Source: Candidatus Levybacteria bacterium RIFCSPHIGHO2_01_FULL_40_16 (lineage in GTDB: Bacteria; Patescibacteriota; Microgenomatia; Levybacterales; UBA12049). From it: a DNA stretch of 64,000 bases. A model generated the notes under the pieces. The model saw only the letters and a program-made list of their open reading frames with translations. It was not told the origin of the DNA and ran no database searches. Where the stretch lies: contig MFNS01000001.1 of assembly GCA_001783805.1 (NCBI GenBank), positions 649 to 64,648 on the forward strand, read 5' to 3'. This document shows positions 30,865 to 40,703 of this stretch, in pieces. Every line of letters starts with the position of its first letter. Position 1 is the first letter of the stretch. The position numbers and the translations under genes are program-made.

Positions 30865-31779
30865 ATGAATAAAATTTCAGCTGTAGTTTCGGTTTACAAT
30901 GAAGAAAAAAATATTGAGAGATGCCTGCTGTCCCTGGCTTTCGCGGATGAAATAGTAATTGTAGATAATAACTCCACGGACAAAACAGTAGAGATTGCCA
31001 AGAAATTTACAGACAAAATATATAGTCAAAAAAATGACCCCTCAAAAATTGATATCCAGAAAAATTTTGGTTTTGATAAAGCAACGGGCAATTGGATTTT
31101 GAGTATCGATGCGGATGAGGAGGTTAGTCCCAAACTTGCGGAAGAAATTAAAAAAGAAATGAAAAAAGAATTTAAAAATTCCGTAAATGGTTATTATCTG
31201 TCTCGAAAAAATATAATTTTCGGAAAATGGATTGCGCATTCGGGTTGGTATCCTGATTTTCAGCTGCGGCTTTTTAAAAAAGGAAAAGGGAAATTTACAA
31301 AAGCCCATGTGCATGAACCTTTATCTTTGAATGGAGAAACAAAATATCTCAAAAATGAGGTTGTTCATCATAATTACAATACCCTGACCCAATTTCTACA
31401 AAAAGCAATTAATATTTATGTTCCCAGCGAAGCTAAAAACAGACTTGATAGCGGATATGTTTTTTCTTATGCAGATGCGATCCGTTTTCCTTTGAAAGAA
31501 TTTTTAAGCAGATTTTTTTCCAGAAAAGGATACAAAGACGGGTTTCATGGATTAATGTTGTCAATGTTAATGGCCTTTTATCATTTTCTAGTATTTGCGA
31601 AAATCTGGGAGATTAATAAATTTAAAGATTTGGATGAAAGGCAAACGCGAGAATTCATTAAAAATGAATTTAAAAAATCAAAAAAAGAATTATCGTTTTG
31701 GTTTACAAAAGAAAAAATTGATGAGATTAAGAATCCTTTAAAGAAAGTGATCCATAAATTATTTAATAAAATCTCCTAA
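30865..31779 (+). CDS. GT2 glycosyltransferase (beta-1,4-glucosyltransferase LgtF/WaaE-like)
   Basis: NEEKNI, DNNSTD, WILSIDADE, WYPD...RLF, VHE. Confidence 0.88.
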   Translation: MNKISAVVSVYNEEKNIERCLLSLAFADEIVIVDNNSTDKTVEIAKKFTDKIYSQKNDPSKIDIQKNFGFDKATGNWILSIDADEEVSPKLAEEIKKEMKKEFKNSVNGYYLSRKNIIFGKWIAHSGWYPDFQLRLFKKGKGKFTKAHVHEPLSLNGETKYLKNEVVHHNYNTLTQFLQKAINIYVPSEAKNRLDSGYVFSYADAIRFPLKEFLSRFFSRKGYKDGFHGLMLSMLMAFYHFLVFAKIWEINKFKDLDERQTREFIKNEFKKSKKELSFWFTKEKIDEIKNPLKKVIHKLFNKIS

Positions 31780-31789
31780 ATATAATTTT

Positions 31790-32707
31790 ATGAGAAGTGT
31801 CTTCGTTTCAATATTAAATTTCAATGGAAGCAATAATACTTTGGATTGCCTGGAATCTTTAAGAAAAATAAATACCTCGGATTTTAAACTGACAATTCTT
31901 GTAATAGATAATAATTCTTCGGAAAAACTTAATATGCAAAACGGATCATTTGGGGAAATTAAGCTTAAAGTAATTAAAAATAAACAAAATCTTGGTTTTT
32001 CCGGCGGTCATAATATCGGAATTAAATATGCTTTAGAATGTGGCGCAGATTACATATTGATTCTAAACAATGATACTTATGTAGATAATAATTTCCTCGT
32101 GGAACTGCTTAGGGTAATGGGGGAAAATAAAAATGTGGGAATTGTGGTTCCCAAGATTTATTTTGCGCCGGGATTTGAATATCATAAGGATAGATATTCA
32201 GAAAAGGAAAAGGGGAAAGTATTGTGGTATGCCGGAGGAAAAATGGACTGGAACAACGTTATCGGGCACAATCGGGGCGTAGATGAATTAGATAAGGGAC
32301 AATTTGACAAAGTTGAAGAAACAGAATTTGCGACAGGCTGTTGTATGCTAATAAAAAAAGAAGTCTTTGAAAAGATTGGCAGTTTTGATGATAAATATTT
32401 TCTATATTACGAGGATGCCGACTTCACTGTGAAGGCAAAAAAGAAAGGCTTTAGGATTTATTATGTACCAAAATCTATAATCTGGCACAAAAATGCCGAG
32501 TCAGCGGGAGGATCAGGCTCTGTTCTCCAAGATTATTACATAACCAGAAACCGCTTGTTGTTTGGATTTAGGTATGCTCCGGCTCGTTCCCGATTGGCGC
32601 TTTTTAGAGAAAGTCTATCTTTACTTTTGAAGGGAAGGCAATGGCAGAAGCAAGGAATAAAGGATTTTTATCTGGGCAAATTTGGAAAGGGGAGCTATAA
32701 TTTATGA
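31790..32707 (+). CDS. GT2 glycosyltransferase (WbbL/rhamnosyltransferase-like)
   Basis: NLGFSGGHN, LNNDT, GCCMLI, FLYYEDAD, YY..RNR. Confidence 0.88.
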   Translation: MRSVFVSILNFNGSNNTLDCLESLRKINTSDFKLTILVIDNNSSEKLNMQNGSFGEIKLKVIKNKQNLGFSGGHNIGIKYALECGADYILILNNDTYVDNNFLVELLRVMGENKNVGIVVPKIYFAPGFEYHKDRYSEKEKGKVLWYAGGKMDWNNVIGHNRGVDELDKGQFDKVEETEFATGCCMLIKKEVFEKIGSFDDKYFLYYEDADFTVKAKKKGFRIYYVPKSIIWHKNAESAGGSGSVLQDYYITRNRLLFGFRYAPARSRLALFRESLSLLLKGRQWQKQGIKDFYLGKFGKGSYNL

Positions 32708-33456
32708 TTAAAATTTCGGGAGTTGTAATTGCGAAAAACGCAGAAAATTTGATTGCAGATTGCCTGGATTCATTATCTTTTTGCGATGAGATTATAGTTA
32801 TTGATAATAAATCCGAGGATAGAACCGGAGAAATCGCAGAGAAAATGGGAGCCAAGGCTTATGAGTATTCTTCAGATGATTTCTCAGATATGAGAAATAT
32901 GGGCATGAGAAAAGCAACCGGCGAATGGATCTTATACGTAGACGTAGATGAAAGAGTAACTAAGAAGCTGGCATTGTGCATCAAGAGTCAAATAGCAAGC
33001 GCTGAAGATAATAATGTTTCCGCCTATAAAATTCAGAGAAAGAATTTTTATTTTGGCAATCATGAATGGCCATACATCGAGCATAAAGAAAGATTGTTTA
33101 AAAAGGATAAGTTGGATGGATGGCATGGCAAATTACATGAAGGCCCGCGGATTAGAGGCAATATTGGAATGCTTGAGGGATATCTTCTTCACTACACTCA
33201 TCGCGATTTAAAATCAATGGTAGAAAAGACAATGGAATGGTCAAAAGTCGAAGCTGAACTACGCTATAAGTCTGGACATCCTAAAATAACCTGGTGGAGG
33301 TTTCCCCGCGTCATGCTAACTGCTTTCTTTGATTCATACATAAGGCAGGGAGGATGGAAAGCTGGAGCAGTAGGACTAATAGAGAGCATGTATCAATCTT
33401 TTAGCATTTTCGTTACTTATGCCAGATTATGGGAAATGCAACAGGAAAAGAAATAA
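32704..33456 (+). CDS. GT2 glycosyltransferase (LgtF/WaaE-like)
   Basis: DNKSED, FSDMRN, WILYVDVDE, LHE. Confidence 0.86.
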   Translation: MIKISGVVIAKNAENLIADCLDSLSFCDEIIVIDNKSEDRTGEIAEKMGAKAYEYSSDDFSDMRNMGMRKATGEWILYVDVDERVTKKLALCIKSQIASAEDNNVSAYKIQRKNFYFGNHEWPYIEHKERLFKKDKLDGWHGKLHEGPRIRGNIGMLEGYLLHYTHRDLKSMVEKTMEWSKVEAELRYKSGHPKITWWRFPRVMLTAFFDSYIRQGGWKAGAVGLIESMYQSFSIFVTYARLWEMQQEKK

Positions 33457-33466
33457 AATATTGAGA

Positions 33467-33697
33467 TTATGACTTTGACTTCCAGAACCGCAAATCGTTC
33501 AAAACCATCCTCTTTTTAGCGAAGCGGAAGAGATAAGCAATTTCCAGAATTCCAACGGTATTTACAACTAGTATTACAATAAACCAATTCTTTTGACTAT
33601 TTTTTGATGCATTCCACAGGGCAAGGCCTTTCCAGGCAACTGACCAAGCCAGCAAAGTAAGCTGCAAAAGAGGCGAGATAAAAGGAAATGAATCCAT
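33467..33697 (-). CDS. Small membrane protein (DUF5652-like)
   Basis: WS..WKGLALW....QK.WF...VNTVGILEI.YLF; ATG 33697 is 7 nt after TGaTAATCT. Confidence 0.75.
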   Translation of the reverse strand: MDSFPFISPLLQLTLLAWSVAWKGLALWNASKNSQKNWFIVILVVNTVGILEIAYLFRFAKKRMVLNDLRFWKSKS

Positions 33698-33761
33698 AAC
33701 TCTTAGATTATCATAGCTCTGTGAGCTTTGCAAGAGCAGTAAAAGTTGATAGAATTGAATG

Positions 33762-33869
33762 ATGACCCCACTTCGTCCCGATCAGCGGGACTTCGAGGGG
33801 TCATGCCTCCGAAGCGGAAATTATTATTTACAGTATATGTTTAAAATAAAAAGGAGCGAAGAGGCATGA
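33762..33869 (+). repeat. Double-hairpin palindromic element bounded by ATGA direct repeats; also reads as a 35-aa uORF
   Basis: ATGACCCC/GGGGTCAT (33762-33769/33797-33804), GTCCCG/CGGGAC, TCATGCCTC/GAGGCATGA (33801-33809/33861-33869). Confidence 0.75.
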
Positions 33870-34942
33870 GGATTGGGATCTACGATCCGTATCTGGATAC
33901 CTTGAGTGGAGGAGAAAAATATATGCTATCAGCGGCATCATGTTTGGCTAAGGAACATAAAGTATTTATTTTTTGGGATAAGGATAAAGAAACCGAAATA
34001 AAGCAAACGGCCGTCAAAAAACTAGGAATAAATTTATCTTCCGTTGAACTTTATAGGAACATATTTGATAAGAATGTCTCTTCGACAACTCGTTTTATTG
34101 AATCTGGGAAGTTTGATGCGATAATCTATTTAAGCGATGGAAGTATTCCGCTTGTTCGAACAAAATTATACGTCCATTTTCAGTTCCCAATAGAGTGGGT
34201 TGATGGCAATTCATTGAGAACTAAATTTAAATTAATTTTTGTTAAAGACATATTCTGCAATTCTTATTTCACAAAGGATCTTATAGACAAAAAACTACAT
34301 GTCAATAGTAAAGTTATTTATCCACCCGTTGTTCTCAATAGGGATAAAAAAATCAAAAAAGAAAATATTATCCTACATGTCGGTAGACTTTCTGTGAATG
34401 AGAGCGGAGTAAATTATAAAAAACAAGATATTATGATTAAGGCTTTTAAAAAATTGATAGATGGAGGTTTGAAAAATTGGGAGTTTGTGATTGTGATAGG
34501 AGTTAAGGGTGAAGATAGAACAGCTCTTAATAAACTTAAGGAAATGTCCAAAGGATATCTGATTAAAATTCTAGATAATCCTTCGAACAAAACTCTTTGG
34601 GAAAATTATTCAAAGGCAAGAATTTATTGGCATGCGACCGGATACGGTGAAAATCTGCAAAAATATCCCGAAAGAGCAGAGCATTTTGGGATTTCCACGG
34701 TTGAAGCAATGGGGTCGGGTTGTGTGCCGGTGGTATTCAATGCAGGAGGACAAAAAGAAATAGTTGAAGATAATAAGAGTGGATATCTGTGCAACGGCAT
34801 GGAAGATTTTATAGTAAAAACTAATGGATTAATTGGGAATGAAGATTTACTAAGGAGAATGTCTTTGGAATCAATAAAAAGATCGGATGTATTTAGTTTA
34901 GATAAGTTCTGCAGCAGCCTAAAAACGTTATTAACTAAATGA
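33866..34942 (+). CDS. GT4 (GT-B) glycosyltransferase
   Basis: GGEKY, HVGR, KKQD, EHFGISTVEAMGSGCVPV. Confidence 0.9.
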   Translation: MRIGIYDPYLDTLSGGEKYMLSAASCLAKEHKVFIFWDKDKETEIKQTAVKKLGINLSSVELYRNIFDKNVSSTTRFIESGKFDAIIYLSDGSIPLVRTKLYVHFQFPIEWVDGNSLRTKFKLIFVKDIFCNSYFTKDLIDKKLHVNSKVIYPPVVLNRDKKIKKENIILHVGRLSVNESGVNYKKQDIMIKAFKKLIDGGLKNWEFVIVIGVKGEDRTALNKLKEMSKGYLIKILDNPSNKTLWENYSKARIYWHATGYGENLQKYPERAEHFGISTVEAMGSGCVPVVFNAGGQKEIVEDNKSGYLCNGMEDFIVKTNGLIGNEDLLRRMSLESIKRSDVFSLDKFCSSLKTLLTK

Positions 34943-37185
34943 AAAGAATATTGCCGTATTTATCTATAATTTTACTGGCTTTTGTGTTTTTTTGGCAATT
35001 TTTTATTAAGGGATTGTTTCCAATTCCGGCAGATACAATTGTTGGGCTTTACTATCCGTTTAGAGATTTATATGCAAAAGATTATCCAAATGGTATTCCG
35101 TTCAAAAATTTTTTAATAACAGATCCTGTTAGACAGCAATATCCTTGGCGGAAATTAGCAATCTCAGCGGAAAAAAATTTCGAATTACCGTTATGGAATC
35201 CATATAATTTTTCAGGAACTCCGCTTTTGGCTAATTTTCAGTCAGCCTCTCTTTATCCGCTTAATATTTTATTTTTTTTAATGCCATTTGATGTTGGATG
35301 GAGTTTGGTAATCTTTCTGGGACCATTATTAAGTGGGCTATTTTTATTTCTATATCTTAACAATTTTAAACTTAATAAATGGGCGAGTTTATTGGGAGCA
35401 TTTGCGTTTGCTTTCTCGGGTTTTTTCATATCCTGGTTAGAATGGGGAACGATAACTCATGTTGGATTATGGTTACCGTTAATTCTTCTTTCAATTGATA
35501 AACTTGTATCAAGTATCAAGTATCAAGTATTAAGTATAAGAAATAAAAAGCTTGTTGCATGGATTATTATTTATTTATTCTCTTTAACGTCTTCATTTTT
35601 TGCAGGCCATCTCCAAATATTTTTCTACCTTTTTATTCTTTCGTGGGTTTATTTTTTAGCTCGATGGGTTCAATGCAAAGCACAGAAAAAGACACTATTT
35701 TTATTCATAATTCTTAATTCATTATTCATAATTCTTGCTTCTGTTCAGTGGATTCCAACTTTTCAATTTATTTCTTTATCAGCTCGAAATATAGATGTAG
35801 TAAATCTTAACAATTCCGGCTGGTTTATTCCCTGGCAGCATCTTACTCAATTTGTCGTTCCCGATTTCTTTGGTAATCCTACGACACTTAATTATTGGGG
35901 AGTATGGAATTATGGAGAGCTTGTTGGCTATATCGGAATAATTCCTTTTATTTTGGCATTATTTGCCATGTTTTTCAGGAGAGATAAGAAAACTCTGTTT
36001 TTTGGAACAATCTTTTTCATGGGTATAATTTTTGCTTTCCCCACCTTTTTTGCAAAAATTCCATATCTTCTTAAAATTCCCTTTCTTAGTACTGCGCAAC
36101 CGACGCGTTTAATATTCATAATAGATTTTGCTTTGGCTGTTTTATCCGCTTTGGGATTTGACTATCTGCTAAAAACAAAAAATAAAAAGACAATAATTTA
36201 CCCTTTGAGTTTCCTTCTAGTTATTTTGGTAAGTCTTTGGATCTTTATTCCTAAAGAGCACCTAGCGGTTATAAAAAGCAATTTAATATTCCCCACTCTT
36301 CTTTTTACATTTTCTTTAATTTTATTTATTGTCCTAACAATTTTTCAAAATAAAAAGTTTATCACGATAACGTGTCTGGCTATATTAATAGTTACCGCGT
36401 TTGATTTATTACGTTTTGGTTGGAAATTTACACCGTTTACTAATAATAATTATCTTTTTTCCATTACTCAATCTATCTCATTTTTACAGAAGCAAAAAGG
36501 GCAGTTTAGAATTGCAGCTACAGATCCGAAAATACTTCCGCCTAATTTCTCCAGTATCTATTTGATTCAGAGCGTTGATGGATATGATCCTCTTTATCTT
36601 CAGCGCTATGGAGAATTAATTATAGCAATGGAACGTAATAGACCAGACATTGAGCCACCATTTGGGTTCAATAGAATTATCACCCCTCATAACTATGACT
36701 CAAGAATAATGGACTTGTTGGGAGTTAAATATGTCTTAAGTCTTTCTGCACTTAATTCTCCAAAGCTCACTAAAGTGTTTCAAGAGGGGCAGACGCTGAT
36801 TTATGAGAACAAGAATGTCATGCCTAGAACATTTTTCGTAAAGATGGTAAAAACAGTTAAGAATAAAGAAGATGCTATGAAAATTCTTTTTGATTCTTCG
36901 ATTGATTTAGTTCAGACAGGAATTGTGGAAAATCAAAACGAAGAATTAGCCGCAAGCTGGTCGGTCGGATCGACGAATATAACTCGATATTCTGCAAATA
37001 AAATAATTATTGATACGATAAACGAAGGTACGGGATTTCTTATTTTAACTGACACATTTTATCCAACATGGAGGGTGTCCATAGATGGTAAATCAGCAAA
37101 GTTATATATAGTGGATTATAATTTCAGAGGAGCCGTTGTGCCGTCGGGAGAACACAGTGTAGAATTTTATAATACTTTATTTTAA
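34939..37185 (+). CDS. YfhO-family GT-C membrane glycosyltransferase
   Basis: D...Q.YPW, PLWNPYNFSGTPLLA, GHLQ, Y.G, GYDP, YPTW...IDGK. Confidence 0.85.
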   Translation: MKRILPYLSIILLAFVFFWQFFIKGLFPIPADTIVGLYYPFRDLYAKDYPNGIPFKNFLITDPVRQQYPWRKLAISAEKNFELPLWNPYNFSGTPLLANFQSASLYPLNILFFLMPFDVGWSLVIFLGPLLSGLFLFLYLNNFKLNKWASLLGAFAFAFSGFFISWLEWGTITHVGLWLPLILLSIDKLVSSIKYQVLSIRNKKLVAWIIIYLFSLTSSFFAGHLQIFFYLFILSWVYFLARWVQCKAQKKTLFLFIILNSLFIILASVQWIPTFQFISLSARNIDVVNLNNSGWFIPWQHLTQFVVPDFFGNPTTLNYWGVWNYGELVGYIGIIPFILALFAMFFRRDKKTLFFGTIFFMGIIFAFPTFFAKIPYLLKIPFLSTAQPTRLIFIIDFALAVLSALGFDYLLKTKNKKTIIYPLSFLLVILVSLWIFIPKEHLAVIKSNLIFPTLLFTFSLILFIVLTIFQNKKFITITCLAILIVTAFDLLRFGWKFTPFTNNNYLFSITQSISFLQKQKGQFRIAATDPKILPPNFSSIYLIQSVDGYDPLYLQRYGELIIAMERNRPDIEPPFGFNRIITPHNYDSRIMDLLGVKYVLSLSALNSPKLTKVFQEGQTLIYENKNVMPRTFFVKMVKTVKNKEDAMKILFDSSIDLVQTGIVENQNEELAASWSVGSTNITRYSANKIIIDTINEGTGFLILTDTFYPTWRVSIDGKSAKLYIVDYNFRGAVVPSGEHSVEFYNTLF
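35506..35540 (+). repeat. (GTATCAA)x3 plus two degenerate copies inside the YfhO gene
   Basis: GTATCAA GTATCAA GTATCAA GTATTAA GTATAAG. Confidence 0.85.
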
Positions 37186-37191
37186 AGCAAT

Positions 37192-38142
37192 ATGAATTTA
37201 AGCATAGTTATTCCTAATTACAATGGGAAAGATTTATTAAGGAAAAATTTGCCTAAAGTTATTGAAGCATTGAAGACTTACGGGAGCGGGGAACCAGAAA
37301 TTATTATAGTTGATGATCATTCAACCGATAATTCCATTAAGATAATAGATAAACTTATCGTCAGCAAGTTGCCGGGTTGGAGAGATAGAATAAGGGTTTT
37401 AAAAAATGAGAAAAATTTAGGGTTTGCTAAAACTGTAAATAAAGGCGTAGGACGCGCAAAGGAAAAAGTTGTGATCCTCTTAAATACGGATGTTACTCCG
37501 GAGAAAGATTTTTTAGAGCCTCTTTTGAAACATTTTAAGGATGAAAAAATTTTTGCAGTTGGCTGTATGGATAAAAGCATTGAAGGCAATAAAATTATTC
37601 TTAGGGGCAGAGGATTAGGCAAATGGGAAAAAGGATTATTTGTACATTCGCGCGGAGAAGTTGATAAAACGAGCACTTTTTGGGTCAACGGCGGAAGCGG
37701 AGCGTTTAGGAAAAACATCTGGGAAAAATTAGAAGGATTTAACGAGCTTTACAGTCCTTTTTATTGGGAAGACATAGACTTGTCATATCGAGCGTTGAAA
37801 TCGGGATACAAAATAACTTTTGAGCCCAAAAGCATTGTAATGCATGAACACGAAAAGGGATCAATAAAGAGTACTTATTCAGATTTTGAAGTAAAAACAA
37901 TCGCTTACAGAAATCAGTTTATTTTTGTTTGGGAAAATGCAACAGATTATTCCTTGCAATTTCTCCATCTGGTTTTTCTTCCATATCATTTTATTAAAGC
38001 ATTGTTGGGATTTGATTTGGCATTTTTTATAGGTTTTTTCGAGGCTTTTATTTTGCTTCCGAGAATAATAATTTCCAGCCTTAATTATCAAAAGTTATTT
38101 ATTAAAAAAGATGGAGAAGTTATGAAGGAATTTTTGAAATGA
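37192..38142 (+). CDS. GT2 glycosyltransferase
   Basis: IPNYNG, DDHSTD, NLGF, LLNTD, YWEDIDL. Confidence 0.88.
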   Translation: MNLSIVIPNYNGKDLLRKNLPKVIEALKTYGSGEPEIIIVDDHSTDNSIKIIDKLIVSKLPGWRDRIRVLKNEKNLGFAKTVNKGVGRAKEKVVILLNTDVTPEKDFLEPLLKHFKDEKIFAVGCMDKSIEGNKIILRGRGLGKWEKGLFVHSRGEVDKTSTFWVNGGSGAFRKNIWEKLEGFNELYSPFYWEDIDLSYRALKSGYKITFEPKSIVMHEHEKGSIKSTYSDFEVKTIAYRNQFIFVWENATDYSLQFLHLVFLPYHFIKALLGFDLAFFIGFFEAFILLPRIIISSLNYQKLFIKKDGEVMKEFLK

Positions 38143-38846
38143 AATTATCAATTATTGTTCCGGTTTTTAACGAGGAGAAGACAATACTTCAAGCTATAGA
38201 TAGAGTTATAGAAGCAAAAATTCCCGATTTTGAAAAAGAAATTATCGTTGTTGATGACGGATCAACAGATGGTACTATTAATGAACTTAAAAAAGCAAAA
38301 GGCAATATAAAAATTATCTATCACAAAGTAAATCAAGGGAAAGGAGCGGCGGTCAAAACCGGCATGAAAAACGCGACGGGAGATTATATAATTATTCAAG
38401 ATGCTGATTTGGAATATAACCCGAAACAGATAAAGCTCTTAACGGAAAAGGTTATAAAAAAGAATGCGAAGGTTGTTTATGGAACCAGATTAAATCGTAT
38501 GCCGCATTTAGACAAAGAAGAAAGTAAGCATTTATTTATTTTTCATTATCTGGGGAATAGATTTCTAAGTTTGATTACCAGTTTGCTTTATGGGCAGTGG
38601 ATCACGGATATGGAAACGTGTTATAAATTATTTCCGAAGAGCGCGCTAGCAAATATCAAGCTCAACGCAAGGGGATTTGAATTTGAACCGGAAATTACGG
38701 CTAAATTGTTAAAAAAAGGCTATAAAATTTTAGAAATTCAAATTTCTACCAAGCCAAGAGGATATGATGAGGGCAAAAAACTAAATACGGTAAAAGATGG
38801 TTTAAAAGCTTTATGGTCGTTAATAAAGTATCGCTTCCTAGATTGA
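38139..38846 (+). CDS. GT2 polyprenol-phosphate glycosyltransferase (DPM1-like)
   Basis: VDDGSTDGT, NQGKGAA, QDADLEY, DMETCYK, FEFEPEIT. Confidence 0.9.
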   Translation: MKLSIIVPVFNEEKTILQAIDRVIEAKIPDFEKEIIVVDDGSTDGTINELKKAKGNIKIIYHKVNQGKGAAVKTGMKNATGDYIIIQDADLEYNPKQIKLLTEKVIKKNAKVVYGTRLNRMPHLDKEESKHLFIFHYLGNRFLSLITSLLYGQWITDMETCYKLFPKSALANIKLNARGFEFEPEITAKLLKKGYKILEIQISTKPRGYDEGKKLNTVKDGLKALWSLIKYRFLD

Positions 38847-38878
38847 AAGTAATGATTGTTTTTTTAAAAGAATAAAAG

Positions 38879-39043
38879 TTGGAAGATAAAAATTTTCCTT
38901 CAAAGATAATTTTTGACGCAATAATAATGTTTGTCGTTTTCGATCATAAACACAACTCGACGCATAAAGGGATTAAGGAATATCTTAAGGAGGTGGGGTT
39001 TTCCGATAATAAAATCCCGCATGGTTTTTTGAGCTTTATTTAA
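38879..39043 (+). pseudogene. Remnant of a class I SAM-dependent methyltransferase
   Basis: Open frame LEDKNFPSKIIFDAIIMFVVFDH...IKEYLKEVGF resembles methyltransferase FD.I.....EH and L...GF motifs with the intervening part missing. Confidence 0.45.
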
Positions 39044-39065
39044 GCACATGGTTTAAAACAGAAAA

Positions 39066-40703
39066 ATGAAGAAAATATTAAATTGGAAACTTGGCTTAGC
39101 ATTAATTATTTTTCTCGCTGCCTTCTTAAGGTTATGGAAATTAGGCAATGTACCAAGCGGGATACCGGATGATGAAGCATATTATGTCTATAACGCTTAT
39201 AGCATTTGGTATACGGGAAAAGATATTCTAGGAAATTTCCTACCTCTCTCGTTTAACTCTCATTCCTCAATGTCTCCGGTAGTTATTTATGTAACCGCTC
39301 CTTTTGTAGGGATAATGGGTCTTAGTGCCTTTTCAGGAAGATTGCCTGCGGCACTTGCGAGCATCGGGTCGGTCTTTCTGCTATTCTTGTTGGTAAAAAA
39401 TATTTTTAAAGATAAAAGAATAGCATTATTTAGCTCTTTACTGTTCGCAATTTCCCCCTGGGCGCTCCAAATAGGAAGAGGAGCAATTCTGGATACGGAC
39501 TTCGCCTTATTCTTCTTGCTGCTTGGAATCTACGTTTTTATTGCAAGAATTGATAGTCGAAAATTTTTATGGTCTCTTATTCCTTTCGCAATTGCTTTTT
39601 ATAGTTATCACGCAACCAAAGTCTTTTTTGTTTTTTTAATACCCGTTTTAATATTTTTCTTTAGGGAAAAATTATTAATAAGGAAAAAAGAAACAGCGTT
39701 TTTTTTGATAGGATGTTTGTTGTTAATAATATCCTTCTTATTTATAATTAAAACACAAAAAGTTACTAGGCAGGACAATGTCTTCTTGCTTAACGGTCCC
39801 GCAGCTACTACTCAAGTTAATTGGGAAAGGCAATATAATACGGCTCCATGGATACTACGGGTTATTTTTAGCAATAAACCATTATATTATCTGAAAGCAA
39901 TTAGAGAAAATTATCTTAAAGCTTTTTCTCCTGAATTTTTATTTTTATCGGGAGAAGGAGGTACTCCTTCACAAATAGTAAACATCTATTATAGGGGGGA
40001 GTTGTACATCATTGAACTGCCATTATTGCTTCTTGGAATTTACACTCTTTTTAAAAATAAAGATAAATTTTCAAGAAATTTTCTAGTAACATTATTATTG
40101 ATAAGTGCTTTACCTTCTACATTTACTCTTGATAGGAATTTCGTAAACAGAGACATAATGATGCTGCCAATATTGTTAATAATAGTTGCTTGTGGGCTGA
40201 CGTACTTGTTGGAACGAGTAGCATTATATAAAAAAATATACAGATACATTTTTATATCTGTTTTTGTTTTGATTTATTTATTTTTATTTATAGGGTATCT
40301 TTATCAATATTATTATAGGTGGACGGTATATGGGTCGGAAGCATGGGGAACAAGCTCTAAGGAATTAGTAGAATTTGTATCGAAAGTAAAAGGAGAGTAT
40401 GAGAATGTGTATATAAGTAATTCTTATAGAAATTTCCTAATGCAATATGCTGTCTTTGAAAAGATTGATCCAAGAATAGTGCAAAAGGCTTGGAACACTA
40501 ATCCAATTAAAATTTATAATATTACTATGCTTCTGGAATGCTTAAACAACGGAGTAGGGATAGTAAAAGATTTTATTCCCCCAAAAACGCTTTATATTTA
40601 CTCGGCGAGTGATTGTAAGTATAGTTCTAGTACGCCAACGGCAAGAATAATCGACAAAGGTGAATTACTTCACGTAATTTGGGATATATATGAAAATAAG
40701 TAG
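39066..40703 (+). CDS. GT-C (ArnT/PMT-like) glycosyltransferase
   Basis: PSGIPDDEAYYVYNAYS, RLPAA, SPW. Confidence 0.8.
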   Translation: MKKILNWKLGLALIIFLAAFLRLWKLGNVPSGIPDDEAYYVYNAYSIWYTGKDILGNFLPLSFNSHSSMSPVVIYVTAPFVGIMGLSAFSGRLPAALASIGSVFLLFLLVKNIFKDKRIALFSSLLFAISPWALQIGRGAILDTDFALFFLLLGIYVFIARIDSRKFLWSLIPFAIAFYSYHATKVFFVFLIPVLIFFFREKLLIRKKETAFFLIGCLLLIISFLFIIKTQKVTRQDNVFLLNGPAATTQVNWERQYNTAPWILRVIFSNKPLYYLKAIRENYLKAFSPEFLFLSGEGGTPSQIVNIYYRGELYIIELPLLLLGIYTLFKNKDKFSRNFLVTLLLISALPSTFTLDRNFVNRDIMMLPILLIIVACGLTYLLERVALYKKIYRYIFISVFVLIYLFLFIGYLYQYYYRWTVYGSEAWGTSSKELVEFVSKVKGEYENVYISNSYRNFLMQYAVFEKIDPRIVQKAWNTNPIKIYNITMLLECLNNGVGIVKDFIPPKTLYIYSASDCKYSSSTPTARIIDKGELLHVIWDIYENK

